From Eledone cirrhosa (lineage: Eukaryota): a stretch of 64,000 bases of DNA. Where the stretch lies: positions 398,660,001 to 398,724,000 of the forward strand of contig OZ024741.1 of the NCBI GenBank assembly GCA_964016885.1, written 5' to 3'. The notes beneath the pieces were generated by a model. It saw only the letters and a list, made by a program, of their open reading frames with translations, was not told where the DNA came from and did no database searches. Position numbers and translations under genes: made by a program. Of this stretch, positions 24,779-39,700 are shown piece after piece; position 1 is the stretch's first letter, and each line of letters begins with the position of its first letter.

Positions 24779-27700
24779 TAACAGTCTAACTTAGCCCTGG
24801 CCATGTCTAACTAAATAACAGTCTAACTTAGCCCTGGCCATGTCTAGCTTAGTAACAGTATAACTTAGCCCTGGCCATGTCTAACTAAATAACAGTCTAA
24901 CTTAGCCCTGGCCATGTCTAACTTAATAACAGTCTAACTTAGCCCTGACCATGTCTAACTTAATAACAGTCTAACTTAGCCCTGGCCATGTCTAACTTAG
25001 TAACAGTCTAACTTAGACCTGGCCATGTCTAACTTAGTAACAGTCTAACTTAGCCCCGGCCATGTCTAACTTAGTAACAGTCTAACTTAGCCCTGGCCAT
25101 GTCTAACTTAGTAATAGTCTAACTTAGTCCTGGCCATGTCTAACTTAATAACAGTCTAACTTAACCTTGGCCATGTCTAACTTAATAACAGTCTAAATTA
25201 TCCCTGGCCATGTCTAATTTAGTAACAGTCTAACTTAGCCCTGGCCATGTCTAACCTAATAACAGTCTAACTTAGACCTGGGCATGTCTAACTTAATAAC
25301 AATCTAACTTAGCCCTGGTCATGTCTAACATAGTAACAGTCTAACTTAGCCCTGGCCATGTCTAACTTAGTAATAGTCTAACTTAGCCTTGGCCATGTCT
25401 AACTTAGTAACAGTCTAACTTAGCCCTGGCCATGTCTCACTTAATAACAGTCTAACTTAGCCCTGGCCATGTCTAACTTAGTAATAGTCTACCTTAGCCC
25501 TGACCATGTATAACTTAGTAACAGTCTAACTTAGCCCTGGCCATGACTAACTTAGCACTGGCCATGTCTAACTTAGTAATAGTCTAACTTAGACCTGGCC
25601 ATGTCTAACTTAGTAACAGTCTAACTTAGCCCCGGCCATGTCTAACTTAGTAACAGTCTAACTTAGCCCTGGCCATGTCTAACTTAGTAACAGTCTAACT
25701 TAGCCCTGGCCATGTCTAACTTAATAACAGTCTAAATTATCCCTGGCCATGTCTAACTTAGTAATAGTCTAACTGAGCCTTGGCCGTGTCTAACTTAATA
25801 ATAGTCTAACTTAGTCTTGGCCATGTCTAACTTAATAAGAGTCTAAATTATCCCTGGCCATGTCTAACTTAGTAATAGTCTAACTTAGTCCTGGCCATAT
25901 CTAACTTAATAACAATCTAACTTAGCCTTGGCCATGTCTAACTTAATAACAGTCTAAATTATCCCTGGCCATGTCTAACTTAGTAACAATCTAACTTAGC
26001 CCTGGCCATGTCTAACATAGTAACAGTCTAACTTAGCCTTGGCCATGTCTAACTTAGTAACAGTCTAACTTAGCCATGGCCATGTCTCACTTAATAACAG
26101 TCTAACTTAGCCCTGGCCACGTCTAACTTCGTAATAGTCTAACTGAGCCCTGGCCATGTCTAACTTATTAATAGTCTAACTTAGCCTTGGGCATGTCTCA
26201 CTTAGTAACAGTCTAACTTAGTCCTGGCCATGTCTAACTTAATAAGAGTCTAAATTAGCCCTGGCCATGTCTAACTTAGTAATAGTCTACCTTAACCCTG
26301 ACAATGTCTAACTTAATAACAGTCTAACTTAGGCCTGGAGATGTCTAACTTAATAACAGTCTAACTTAGCCCTGACCATGTCTAACTTAATAACAGTCTA
26401 ACTTAGCCCTGGCCATGTCTAACTTAGTAACAGTATAACTTAGCCCTGGCCATGTCTAACTAAATAACAGTCTAACTTAGCCCTGGCCATGTCTAACTTA
26501 ATAACAGTCTAACTTAGCCCTGACCATGTCTAACTTAATAACAGTCTAACTTAGCCCTGGCCATGTCTAACTTAGTAACAGTCTAACTTAGCCCTGGCCA
26601 TGTCTAACTTAGTAATAGTCTAACTTAGCCTTGGCCATGTCTAACTTAGTAACAGTCTAACTTAGCCTTGGCCATGTCTAACTTAATAACAGTCTAAATT
26701 AGCCCTGGCCATGTCTAACTTAGTAATAGTCTAACTTAGCTCTGACCATGTCTAACTTGATAACAGTCTAACTTAGCCCTGTCCATGTCTAACTTATTAA
26801 TAGTCTAACTTAGACCTGGCCATGTCTAACTTAGTAACAGTCTAACTTAGCCCTGGCCATGTCTAACTTAATAACAGTCTAAATTATCCCTGGCCATGTC
26901 TAAATTAGTAATAGTCTAACTGAGCCCTGGCCATGTCTAACTTAGTAACAGTCTAACTGAGCCTTGGCCATGTCTAACTTAATAACAGTCTAACTTAGCC
27001 TTGGCCATGTCTAACTTAATAACAGTCTAAATTATCCCTGGCCATGTCTAACTTAGTAACAATCTAACTTAGCCCTGGCTATGTCTAACTTAATAACAGT
27101 CTAACTCAGCCCTGGCCATGTCTAACTTAATAACAGTTTAAATTATCGCTGGCAATGTCTAACTTAGTAACAGTCTAACTTAGCCCCGGCCATGTCTAAC
27201 CTAATAACAGTCTAACTTAGCCCTGGCCATGTCTAACTTAATAACAATCTAACTTAGACCTGGCCATGTCTAACATAGTAACAGTCTAACTTAGCCTTGG
27301 CCATGTCTAACTTAGTAACAGTCTAACTTAGCCATGGCCATGTCTCACTTAATAACAGTCTAACTTAGCCCTGGCCATGTCTAACTTAGTAATAGTCTAA
27401 CTTAGTCCTGGCCATGTCTAACTTAATAACAGTCTAACTTAGCCTTGGCCATGTGTAACTTAATAACAGTCTAAATTAGCCCTAGCCATGTCTAACTTAG
27501 TTATAGTCTACCTTAACCCTGACCATGTCTAACTTAGTAACAGTCTAACTTAGACCTGGACATGTCTAACTTAGTAACAGTCTAAATTATCCCTGGCCAT
27601 GTCTAACTTAGTAACAGTCTAACTTAGACCCGGCCATGTCTAACTTAGTAACAGTCTAATTTAGCCCTGGCCATGTCTAACTTAGTAACAGTCTAACTTA

Positions 27701-30700
27701 GCCCTGCCCATGTCTAACTTAAAAACAGTCTAAATTATCCCTGGCCATGTCTAACTTAGTAATAGTCTAACTGAGCCCTGGCCATGTCTAACTTATTAAT
27801 ATTCTAACTTAGCCTTGGCCATGTCTCACTTAGTAACAGTCTAACTTAGCCCTGGCCATGTCTAACTTAATAACAGTCTAACTTAGCCCTGGCCATGTCT
27901 AACTTAGTAACAGTCTAACTTAGCCCTGGCCATGTCTAACTTAATAACAGTCTAAATTATCCCTGTCCATGTCTAACTTAGTAATAGTCTAACTGAGCCC
28001 TGGCCATGTCTAACTTAGTAACAGTCTAACTGAGCCTTGGCCATGTCTAACTTAATAACAGTCTAAATTATCCCTGGCCATGTCTAACTTAGTAATAGTC
28101 TAACTTAGTCCTGGCCATGTCTAACTTAATAACAGTCTAACTTAGCCATGGCCATGTCTAACTTAATAACAGTCTAAATTATCCCTGGCCATGTCTAACT
28201 TAGGAACAATCTAACTTAGCCCTGGCTATGTCTAACTTAGTAATAGTCTAACTTAGCCTTGGCCATGTCTAACTTAGTAACAGTCTAACTTAGCCCTGGC
28301 CATGTATAACTTAATAACAGTCTAGCTTAGCCCTGGCCATGTCTAACTTAATAACAGTCTAACTGAGCCCTGGCCATGTCTAACTTAATAACAGTCTAAC
28401 TTAGCCCTGTCCATGTCTAACTTATTAATAGTCTAACTTAGACCTGGCCATGTCTAACTTAATAACAGTCTAACTCAGCCCTGGTCAGGTGTAACTTAAT
28501 AAGAGTCTAACTTAGCTCTGGCCATGTCTAACTTAGTAACAGTCTAAATTATCCCTGGCCATGTCCAACTTAGTAACAGTCTAACTTAGCACTGGCCATG
28601 TCTAACTTAACAACAGTCTAACTTAGCCCTGGCCATGTCTAACTTAGTAATAGTCTAACTTGGCCTTGGCCATGTCTAACTTAGTAACAGTCTAACTTAG
28701 CCCTGGCCATGTATAACTTAATAACAGTCTAACTTAGCCCTGGCCATGTCTAACTTAATAACAGTCTAACTGAGCCCTGGCCATGCCTAACTTAGTAATA
28801 GTCTAACTTAGCCCTGGCCATGTCTAACTTAATAACAGTCTAACTTAGCCCTGGCCATGTCAAACTTAATAACAGTCTAACTGAGCCCTTGCCATGTCTA
28901 AATTAGTAACAGTCTAACTTAGCCCTGGCCATGTATAACTTAATAACAGTCTAACTTAACCCTGGCCATGTCTAACCTAATAACAGTCTAACTTAGCCAT
29001 AGCCATGTCTAACTCAATAACAGTCTAACTTAGCCCTGGCCATGTCTAACATAGTAACAGTCTAACTTAGCCCTGGCCATGTCTAACTTAGTAATAGTCT
29101 AACTTAGCCCTGGCCATGTCTAACTTAATAACAGTCTAAATTAGCCCTGGCCATGTCTAACTTAGTAACAGTCTAACTTAGCCCTGGCCATGTCTAACTT
29201 AGTAATAGTCTAACTTAGCCTTGGCCATGTCTAACTTAGTAACAGTCTAACTTATCGCTGGCAATGTCTCACTTAATAACAGTCTAACTTAGCCCTGGCC
29301 ATGTATAACTTAATAACAGTCTATCAGAGCCCTGGCCATGTCTAACTTATTAATAGTCTAACTTAGACTTGGCAATGTCTCACTTAGTAACAGTTTAACT
29401 TAGCCCTGGCCATGTCTAACTTAATAACAGTCTAAATTAGCCCTGGCCATGTCGAACTTAGTAATAGTCTAACTTAGCCCTGACCATGTCTAACTTAATA
29501 ACAGTCTAACTTAGCCCTGACCATGTCTAAAATAATAACAGTCTAACTTAGACCTGACCATGTCTAACTTAATAACAGTCTAACTTAGACCTGGCCATGT
29601 CTAACTTAGTAACAGTCTAACTTAGACCTAGCCATGTCTAACTTAATAACAGTCTAACTTAGCCCTGGCCATGTCTAACTTAATAACAGTCTAACTTAGC
29701 CCTGGCCATGTCTAACTTAGTAACAGTCTAACTTAGCCCTAGCCATGTCTAACTTAATAACAGTCTAACTTAGCCCTGGCCATGTCTAACTTAGTAACAG
29801 TCTAACTTAGCCCTGGCCATGTCTAACTTAATAACAGTCTAAATTATCCCTGGCCATGTCTAACTTAGTAATAGTGTAACTGAGCCCTGGCCATGTCTAA
29901 CTTAGTAACAGTCTAACTGAGCCTTGGCCATGGCTAACTTAATAACAATCTAAATTATCCCTGGCCATGTCTAACTTAGTAATAGTCTAACTTAGTCCTG
30001 GCCATGTCTAACTTAATAACAGTCTAACTTAGCCATGGCCATGTCTAACTTAATAACAGTCTAAATTATCCCTGGCCATGTCTAACTTAGTAACAATCTA
30101 ACTTAGCCCTGGCCATGTCTAACTTAATAACAGTCTAACTTAGACCTGGCCATGTCTAACTTAATAACAATCTAACTTAGACCTGGCCATGTCTAACATA
30201 GTAACAGTCTAACTTAGCCTTAGCAATGTCTAACTTAGTAACAGTCTAACTTAGCCATGGCCATGTCTCACTTAATAACAGTCTAACTTAGCCCTGGCCA
30301 TGTCTAACTTAGTAATAGTTTAACTGAGCCCTGGCCATGTCTAACTTATTAACAGTCTAACTGAGCCTTGGCCATGTCTAACTTAATAACAGTCTAAATT
30401 ATCCCTGGCCATGTCTAACTTAGTAATAGTCTAACTTAGTCCTGGCCATGTCTAACTTAATAACAGTCTAACTCAGCCCTGGCCATGTCTAACCTAATAA
30501 CAATTTAAATTATCGCTGGCCATGTCTAACTTAGTAACAGTCTAACTTAGCCCCGGCCATGTCTAACCTAATAACAGTCTAACTTAGACCTGGCGATGTC
30601 TAACTTAATAACGATCTAACTTAGACATGGCCATGTCTAACATAGTAACAGTCTAACTTAGCCCTGGCCATGTCTAACTTAGTAATAGTCTAACTTAGAC

Positions 30701-33700
30701 CTGGCCATGTCTAACTTAATAACAGCCTAACTTAGCCTTGGCCATGTCTAACTTAATAACAGTCCAAATTAGCCCTAGCCATGTCTAACTTAGTTATAGT
30801 CCTACTTAACCCTGACCATGTCTAACTTAGTAACAGTCTAACTTAGCCCTGGACATGTCTAACTTAGTAATAGTCTAACTTAGCCCTGGCCATGTCTAAC
30901 TTAGTAACAGTCTAACTTAGTAACAGTCTAACTTAGACCCGGCCATGTCTAACTTAGTAACATTCTAACTTAGCCCTGGCCATGTCTAACTTAAAAACAG
31001 TCTAAATTATCCCTGGCCATGTCTAACTTAGTAATAGTCTAACTGAGCCCTGGCCATGTCTAACTTATTAATAGTCTAACTTAGCCTTGGCCATGTCTCA
31101 CTTAGTAACAGTCTAACTTAGCCATGGCCATGTCTAACTTAATAACAGTCTAAATTAGCCCTGGCCATGTCTAATTTAGTAATAGTCTAACTTAGCCCTG
31201 TCCATGTCTAACTTAATAAGAGTCTAACTTAGCTATGGAGATGTCTAACTTAATAACATTCTAACTTAGCCCTGACCATGTCCAAATTAGTAAGAGTATA
31301 ACTTAGCCCTGTCCATGTCTAACTAAATAACAGTCTAACTTAGCCCTGGCCATGTCTAACTTAATAACAGTCTAACTTAGCCCTGACCATGTCTAACTTA
31401 TTAACAGTCTAACATAGCCCTGGCCATGTCTAACTTAGTAACAGTCTAACTTAGGCCTGGCCATGTCTAACTTAGTAACAGTCTAACTTAGCCCTGGCCA
31501 TGTCTAACTTAGTAACAGTCTAACTTAGCCTTGGTCATGTCTAACTTAATAACAGTCTAAATTAGCCCTGGCGATGTCTAACTTAGTAATAGTCTAACTT
31601 AGCCCTGACCATGTCTAACTTAATAATAATCTAACTTAGCCGTGTCCATGTTTAACTTATTAATAGTCTAACTTAGACCTGGCCATGTCTAACTTAATAA
31701 CAGTCTAACTCAGCCCTGGCCAGGTCTAACTTAATAAGAGTCTAACTTAGTTCTGGCCATGTCTAACTTAATAACAGTCTAAATTATCCCTGGCCATGTC
31801 CAACTTAGTAACAGTCTAACTTAGCCCTGGCCATGTCTAACTTAATAACAGTCTAACTTAGCCCTGGCCATGTCTAACTTAGTAATAGTCTAACTTAGCC
31901 TTGGCCATGTCTAACATAGTAACAGTCTAACTTAGCCCTGGCCATGTATAACTTAATAACAGTCTAACTTAGCCCTGGCCATGTCTAACTTAATAACAGT
32001 CTAACTGAGCCCTGGTCATGTCTAACTTAGTAACAGTCTAACTTAGCCCTGACCATGTCTAACTTAATAACAGTCTAACTTAGCCCTGGCCATGTCTAAC
32101 TTAGCAATAGTCTAACTTGGCCTTGGCCATGTCTAACTTAGTACCAGTCTAACTTAGTCCTGGCCATGTATAACTTAATAACAGTCTAACTTAGCCCTGG
32201 CCATGTCTAACTTAGTAATAGTCTAACTTGGCCTTGGCCATGTCTAACTTAGTAACAGTCTAACTTAGCCCTGGCCATGTATAACTTAATAACAGTCTAA
32301 CTTAGCCCTGGCCATGTCTAACTTAATAACAGTCTAACTGAGCCCTGGCCATGCCTAACTTAGTAATAGTCTAACTTAGCCCTGGCCATGTCTAACTTAA
32401 TAACAGTCTAACTTAGCCCTGGCCATGTCTAACTTAATAACAGTCTAACTGAGCCCTTGCCATGTCTAACTTAGTAACAGTCTAACTTAGCCCTGGCCAT
32501 GTATAACTTAATAACAGTCTAACTTAACCCTGGCCATGTCTAACCTAATAACAGTCTAACTTAGCCATAGCCATGTCTAACTTAATAACAGTCTAAATTA
32601 GCCCTGGCCATGTCTAACTTAGTAACAGTCTAACTTAGCCCTGGCCATGTCTAACTTAGTAATAGTCTAACTTAACCTTGGCCATGTCTAACTTAGTAAC
32701 AGTCTAACTTAGCCCTGGCCATGTCTAACTTAATAACAGTCTAACTGAGCCCTGGCCATGTCTAACTTATTAATAGTCTAACTTAGACTTGGCCATGTCT
32801 CATTTAGTAACAGTTTAACTTAGCCCTGGCCATGTCTAACTTAATAACAGTCTAAATTAGCCCTGGCCATGTCGAACTTAGTAATAGTCTAACTTAGCCC
32901 TGACCATGTCTAACATAATAACAGTCTAACTTAGACCTGACCATGTCTAACTTAATAACAGTCTAACTTAGACCTGGTCATGTCTAACTTAGTAACAGTC
33001 TAACTTAGCCCTAGCCATGTCTAACTTAATAACAGTCTAACTTAGCCCTGGCCATGTCTAACTTAATAACAGTCTAACTTAGCCCTGGCCATGTCTAACT
33101 TAGTAACAGTCTAACTTAGCCCTAGCCATGTCTAACTTAATAACAGTCTAACTTAGCCCTGGCCATGTCTAACTTAGTAACAGTCTAACTTAGCCCTGGC
33201 CATGTCTAACTTAATAACAGTCTAAATTATCCCTGGCCATGTCTAACTTAGTAATAGTGTAACTGAGCCCTGGCCATGTCTAACTTAGTAACAGTCTAAC
33301 TGAGCCTTGGCCATGTCTAACTTAATAACAGTCTAAATTATCCCTGGCCATGTCTAACTTAGTAATAGTCTAACTTAGTCCTGGCCATGTCTAACTTAAT
33401 AACAGTCTAACTTAGCCATGGCCATGTCTAACTTAATAAAAGTCTAAATTATCCCTGGCCATGTCTAACTTAGTAACAATCTAACTTAGCCCTGGCCATG
33501 TCTAACTTAATAACAGTCTAACTTAGACCTGGCCATGTCTAACTTATTAACAATCTAACTTAGACCTGGCCATGTCTAACATAGTAACAGTCTAACTTAG
33601 CCTTAGCAATGTCTAACTTAGTAACAGTCTAACTTAGCCATGGCCATGTCTCACTTAATAACAGTCTAACTTAGCCCTGGCCATGTCTAACTTAGTAATA

Positions 33701-36700
33701 GTGCAACTGAGCCCTGGCCATGTCTAACTTAGTAACAGTCTAACTGAGCCTTGGCTATGTCTAACTTAATAACAGTCTAAATTATCCCTGGCCATGTCTA
33801 ACTTAGTAATAGTCTAACTTAGTCCTGGCCATGTCTAACTTAATAACAGTCTAACTCAGCCCTGGTCATGTCTAACCTAATAACAGTTTAAATTATCGCT
33901 GGCCATGTCTAACTTAGTAACAGTCTAACTTAGCCCCGGACATGTCTAACCTAATAACAGTCTAACTTAGACCTGGCGATGTCTAACTTAATAACAATCT
34001 AACTTAGACATGGCCATGTCTAACATAGTAACAGTCTAACTTAGCCTTAGCAATGTCTAACTTAGTAACAGTCTAACTTATCCATGGCCATGTCTCACTT
34101 AATAACAGTCTAACTTAGCCCTGGCCATGTCTAACTTAGTAATAGTCTAACTTAGACCTGGCCATGTCTAACTTAATAACAGCCTAACTTAGCCCTGGAC
34201 ATGTCTAACTTAGTAATAGTCTAACTTAGCCCTGGCCATGTCTAACTTAGTAACAGTCTAACTTAGTAACAGTCTAACTTAGACCCGTCATGTCTAACTT
34301 AGTAACAGTCTAACTTAGCCCTGGCCATGTCTAACTTAAAAACAGTCTAAATTATCCCTGGCCATGTCTAACTTAGTAATAGTCTAACTGAGCCCTGGCC
34401 ATGTCTAACTTATTAATAGTCTAACTTAGCCTTGGCCATGTCTCACTTAGTAACAGTCTAACTTAGCCATGGCCATGTCTAACTTAATAACAGTCTAAAT
34501 TCGCCCTGGCCATGTCTAATTTAGTAATAGTCTAACTTAGCCCTGTCCATGTCTAACTTAATAACAGTCTAACTTAGCTATGGAGATGTCTAACTTAATA
34601 ACATTCTAACTTAGCCCTGACCATGTCTAAATTAGTAAGAGTATAACTTAGCCCTGTCCATGTCTAACTAAATAACAGTCTAACTTAGCCCTGGCCATGT
34701 CTAACTTAATAACAGTCTAACTTAGCCCTGACCATGTCTAACTTATTAAAAGTCTAACTTAGCCCTGGCCATGTCTAACTTAGTAACAGTCTAACTTAGG
34801 CCTGGCCATGTCTAACTTAGTAACAGTCTAACTTAGCCCTGGCCATGTCTAACTTAGTAATAGTCTAACTTAGCCTTGGCCATGTCTAACTTAGTAACAG
34901 TCTAACTTAGCCTTGGTCATGTCTAACTTAATAACAGTCTAAATTAGCCCTGGCGATGTCTAACTTAGTAATATTCTAACTTAGCCCTGACCATGTCTAA
35001 CTAAATAACAATCTAACTTAGCCGTGTCCATGTTTAAATTATTAATAGTCTAACTTAGACCTGGCCATGTCTAACTTAATAACAGTCTAACTCAGCCCTG
35101 GCCAGGTCTAACTTAATAAGAGTCTAACTTAGTTCTGGCCATGTCTAACTTAATAACAGTCTAAATTATCCCTGGCCATGTCCAACTTAGTAACAGTCTA
35201 ATTTAGCCCTGGCCATGTCTAACTTAATAACAGTCTAACTTAGCCCTGGCCATGTCTAACTTAGTAATAGTCTAACTTAGCCTTGGCCATGTCTAACATA
35301 GTAACAGTCTAACTTAGCCCTGGCCATGTATAACTTAATAACAGTCTAACTTAGCCCTGGCCATGTCTAACTTAATAACAGTCTAACTGAGCCCTGGCCA
35401 TGTCTAACTTAGTAACAGTCTAACTTAGCCTTGGCCATGTCTAACTTAATAACAGTCTAAATTAGCCCTGGCGATGTCTAACTTAGAAATAGTCTAACTT
35501 AGCCCTGACCATGTCTAACTTAATAACAGTCTAACTTAGCTCTGGCCATGTCTAACTTGGCCTTGGCCATGTCTAACTTAGTACCAGTCTAACTTAGTCC
35601 TGGCCATGTATAACTTAATAACAGTCTAACTTAGCCCTGGCCATGTCTAACTTAATAACAGTCTAACTGAGCCCTGGCCATGTCTAACTTAGTAATAGTC
35701 TAACTTAGCCCTGGCCATGTGTAAATTAATAACAGTCTAACTTAGCCCTGGCCATGTCTAACTTAATAACAGTCTAACTTAAACCTAGCCATGTCTAACC
35801 TAATAACAGTCTAACTTAGCCATGGCCATGTCTAACTCAATAACAGTCTAACTTAGCCCTGGCCATGTCTAACTTATTAGTAGTCTAACTTAGACCTGAC
35901 CATGTCTAACATAGTAACAGTCTAACTTAGCCCTGGCAATGTCTAACTTAGTAATAGTCTAACTTAGCCCTGGCCATGTCTAACTTAATAACAGTCTAAA
36001 TTAGCCCTGGCCATGTCTAACATAGTAACAGTCTAACTTAGCCCTGGCCATGTCTAACTTAGTAATACTCTAACTTAGCCTTGGCCATGTCTAACTTAGT
36101 AACAGTCTAACTTATCGCTGGCAATGTCTCACTTAATAACAGTCTAACTTAGCCCTGGCCATGTCTAACTTAATAACAGTCTAACTGAGTCCTGGCCATG
36201 TCTAACTTATTAATAGTCTAACTTAGACTTGGTCTCACTTAGTAACAGGTTAACTTAGCCCTGGCCATGTCTAACTTAATAACAGTCTAAATTAGCCCTG
36301 GCCATGTCTAACATAATAACAGTCTAACTTAGCCCTGACCATGTCTAACTTAATAACAGTCTAACTTAGACCTGGCCATGTCTAACTTAGTAACAGTCTA
36401 ACTTAGCCCTAGCCATGTCTAACTTAATAACAGTCTAACTTAGCCCTGGTCATGTCTAACTTAATAACAGTCTAACTTAGCCCTGGCCATGTCTAGCTTA
36501 ATAACAGTCTAACTTAGCCCTGGCTATGTCTAACTTAGTAATAGTCTAACTTAGCCCTGGCCATGTCTAACTTAGTAACAGTCTAACTTAGCCCTGGCAA
36601 TGTATAACTTAATAATAGTCTAACTTAGCCCTGGCCATGTCTAAGTTAATAACAGTCTAACTGGGCCCTGGCAATGTATAACTTAATAATAGTCTAACTT

Positions 36701-39700
36701 AGCCCTGGCCATGTGTAACTTAGTAACAGTCTAACTTAGCCCTGGCCATGTCTAACTTAATAACAGTCTAAATTATCCCTGGCCATGTCTAACCTAATAA
36801 CTGTCCAACTTAGACATGGCCATGTCTAACTCAATAAGAGTCTAACATAGCCCTGTCCATGTCTAACATAGTAACAGTCTAACTTAGCCCTGCCCATGTC
36901 TAACTTAGTAATAGTCTAACTTAGCCTTGGCCATGTCTAACTTAATAACAGTCTAACTTAGCCTTGGCCATGTCTAAATTAATAACAGTCTAAAGTAGCC
37001 CTAGCCATGTCTAACTTAGTAATAGTCTACCTTAACCCTGACCATGTCTAACTTAGTAACAGTCTAACTTAGCCCTGGACATGTCTAACTTATTAACAGT
37101 CTAAATTATCCCTGGCCATGTCTATTTTAGTAACAGTCTAATTTAGCCCTGGCCATGTCTAACTTAGTAACAGTCTAACTTAGCCCTGCCCATGTCTAAC
37201 TTAAAAATTGTCTAAATTATCCCTGGCCATGTCTATCTTAGTAATAGTCTAACTTAGACCTGGCCATGTATAACTTAATAACAGTCTAACTTAGCCTTGG
37301 CCATGTCTAACTTAATAACAGTCTAAATTAGCCCTAGCCATGTCTAACTTAGTTATAGTCTACCTTAACCTTGACCATGTCTAACTTAGTAACAGTCTAA
37401 CTTAGCCCTGGACATGTCTAACTTAGTAATGGTCTAACTTAGCCCTGGCCATGTCTAACTTAGTAACAGTCTAACTTAGTAACAGTCTAACTTAGTAACA
37501 GTCTAACTTAGGAACAGTCTAACTTAGTAACAGTCTAACTTAGACCCGGCCATGTCTAACTTAGTAACACTCTAATTTAGCCCTGGCCATGTCTAACTTA
37601 GTAACAGTCTAACTTAGCCCTGCCCATGTCTAACTTAGTAACAGTCTAACTTAGGCCTGGCCATGTCTAACTTAGTAACAGTCTAACTTTGCCATGGCCA
37701 TGTCTAACTTAATAACAGTCTAACTTAGCTATGGAGATGTCTAACTTAATAACATTCTAAATTAGCCCTGACCATGTCTAAATTAGTAAGAGTATAACTT
37801 AACCCTGGCCATGTCTAACTAAATAACAGTCTAACTTAGCCCTGGCCATGTCTAACTTAATAACACTCTAACTTAGCCCTGACCATGTCTAACTTAATAA
37901 CAGTCTAACTTAGCCCTGGCCATGTCTAACTTAGTAACAGTCTAACTTAGGCCTGGCCATGTCTAACTTAGTAACAGTCTAACTTAGCCCTGGCCATGTC
38001 TAACTCAGTAATAGTCTAACTTAGCCTTGGCCATGTCTAACTTAGTAACAGTCTAACTTAGCCTTGGTCATGTCTAACTTAATAACAGTCTAAATTAGCC
38101 CTGGCGATGTCTAACTTAGTAATAGTCTAACTTAGTCCTGACCATGTCTAACTTAATAACAATCTAACTTAGCCCTGTCCAGGTCTAACTTATTAATAGT
38201 CTAACTTAGACCTGGCCATGTCTAACTTAATAACCGTCTAACTCAGCGCTGGCCAGGTCTAACTTAATAAGAGTCTAACTTAGTTCTGGCCATGTCTAAC
38301 TTAGTAACAGTCTAACTTAGTAACAGTCTAACTTAGTAACAGTCTAACTTAGGAACAGTCTAACTTAGTAACAGTCTAACTTAGCCCTGGCCATGTCTAA
38401 CTTAATAACAGTCTAACTTAGCCCTGGCCATGTCTAATTAGTAATAGTCTAACTTAGCCTTGGCCATGTCTAACTTAATAACAGTCTAACTTAGCCCTGG
38501 CCATGTCTAACTTAATAACAGTCTAACTTAGCCCTGGCCATGTCTAATTAGTAATAGTCTAACTTAGCCTTGGACATGTCTAACTTAATAACAGTCTAAC
38601 TTAGCCCTGGCCATGTCTAACTTAATAACAGTCTAACTGAGCCCTGGCCATGTCTAACATAATAACAGTCTAACTTAGCCCTGGCCATGGCTAACATATT
38701 AACAGTCTAACTTAGCCCTGGCCATGTCTAACTTAGTAATAGTCTAACTTAGCTCTGGCCATGTCTAACTGAATAACAGTCTAACTTAGCACTGGCCATG
38801 CCTAACTTAGTAATAGTCTAACTTTGCCCTGGCCATGTCTAACTTAGTAACAGTCTAACTTAGCCCTGGCCATGTATAACTTACTAACAGTCTAACTTAA
38901 CCCTGGCCATGTCTAACCTAATAACAGTCTAACTTAGCCATGGCCATGTCTAACTCAATAACAGTCTAACTTAGCCCTGGCCATGTCTAACATAGTAGCA
39001 GTCTAACTTAGCCCTGGCCATGTCTAACTTAGTAATAGTATAACTTAGCCCTGGCCATGTCTAACTTAATAACAGTCTAAATTAGCCCTGGCCATGTCTA
39101 ACTTAGTAACAGTCTAACTTAGCCCTGGCCATGTCTAACTTAGTAATAGTCTAACTTAGCCTTGGCCATGTCTAACTTAATAACAGTCTAACTTATCCCT
39201 GGCAATGTCTCACTTAATAACTGTCTAACTTAGCCCTGGCCATGTCTAACTTAATAACAGTCTAACTGAGCCCTGGCCATGTGTAACTTATTAATAGTCT
39301 AACTTAGACTTGGCCATGTCTCACTTAGTAACAGTCTAACTTAGCCCTGACCATGTCTAACATAATAAGAGTCTAACTTAGCCCTGACCATGTCTAACTT
39401 AATAACAGTCTAACTTAGACCTGACCATGTCTAACTTAGTAACAGTCTAACTTAGCCCTTGCCATGTCTAACTTAATAACAGTCTAACTTAGCCCTGGCC
39501 ATGTCTAACTTAATAACAGTCTAACTTAGCCCTGGCCATGTCTAACTTAGTAACAGTCTAACTTAGCCCTGGCCATGTCTAACTTAGTAATAGTCTAACT
39601 TAGCCTTGGCCATGTCTAAGTTAGTAACAGTCTAACTTAGCCTTGGCCATGTCTAACTTAGTAACAGTCTAACTTAGGCCTGGCCATGTATAACTTAGTA

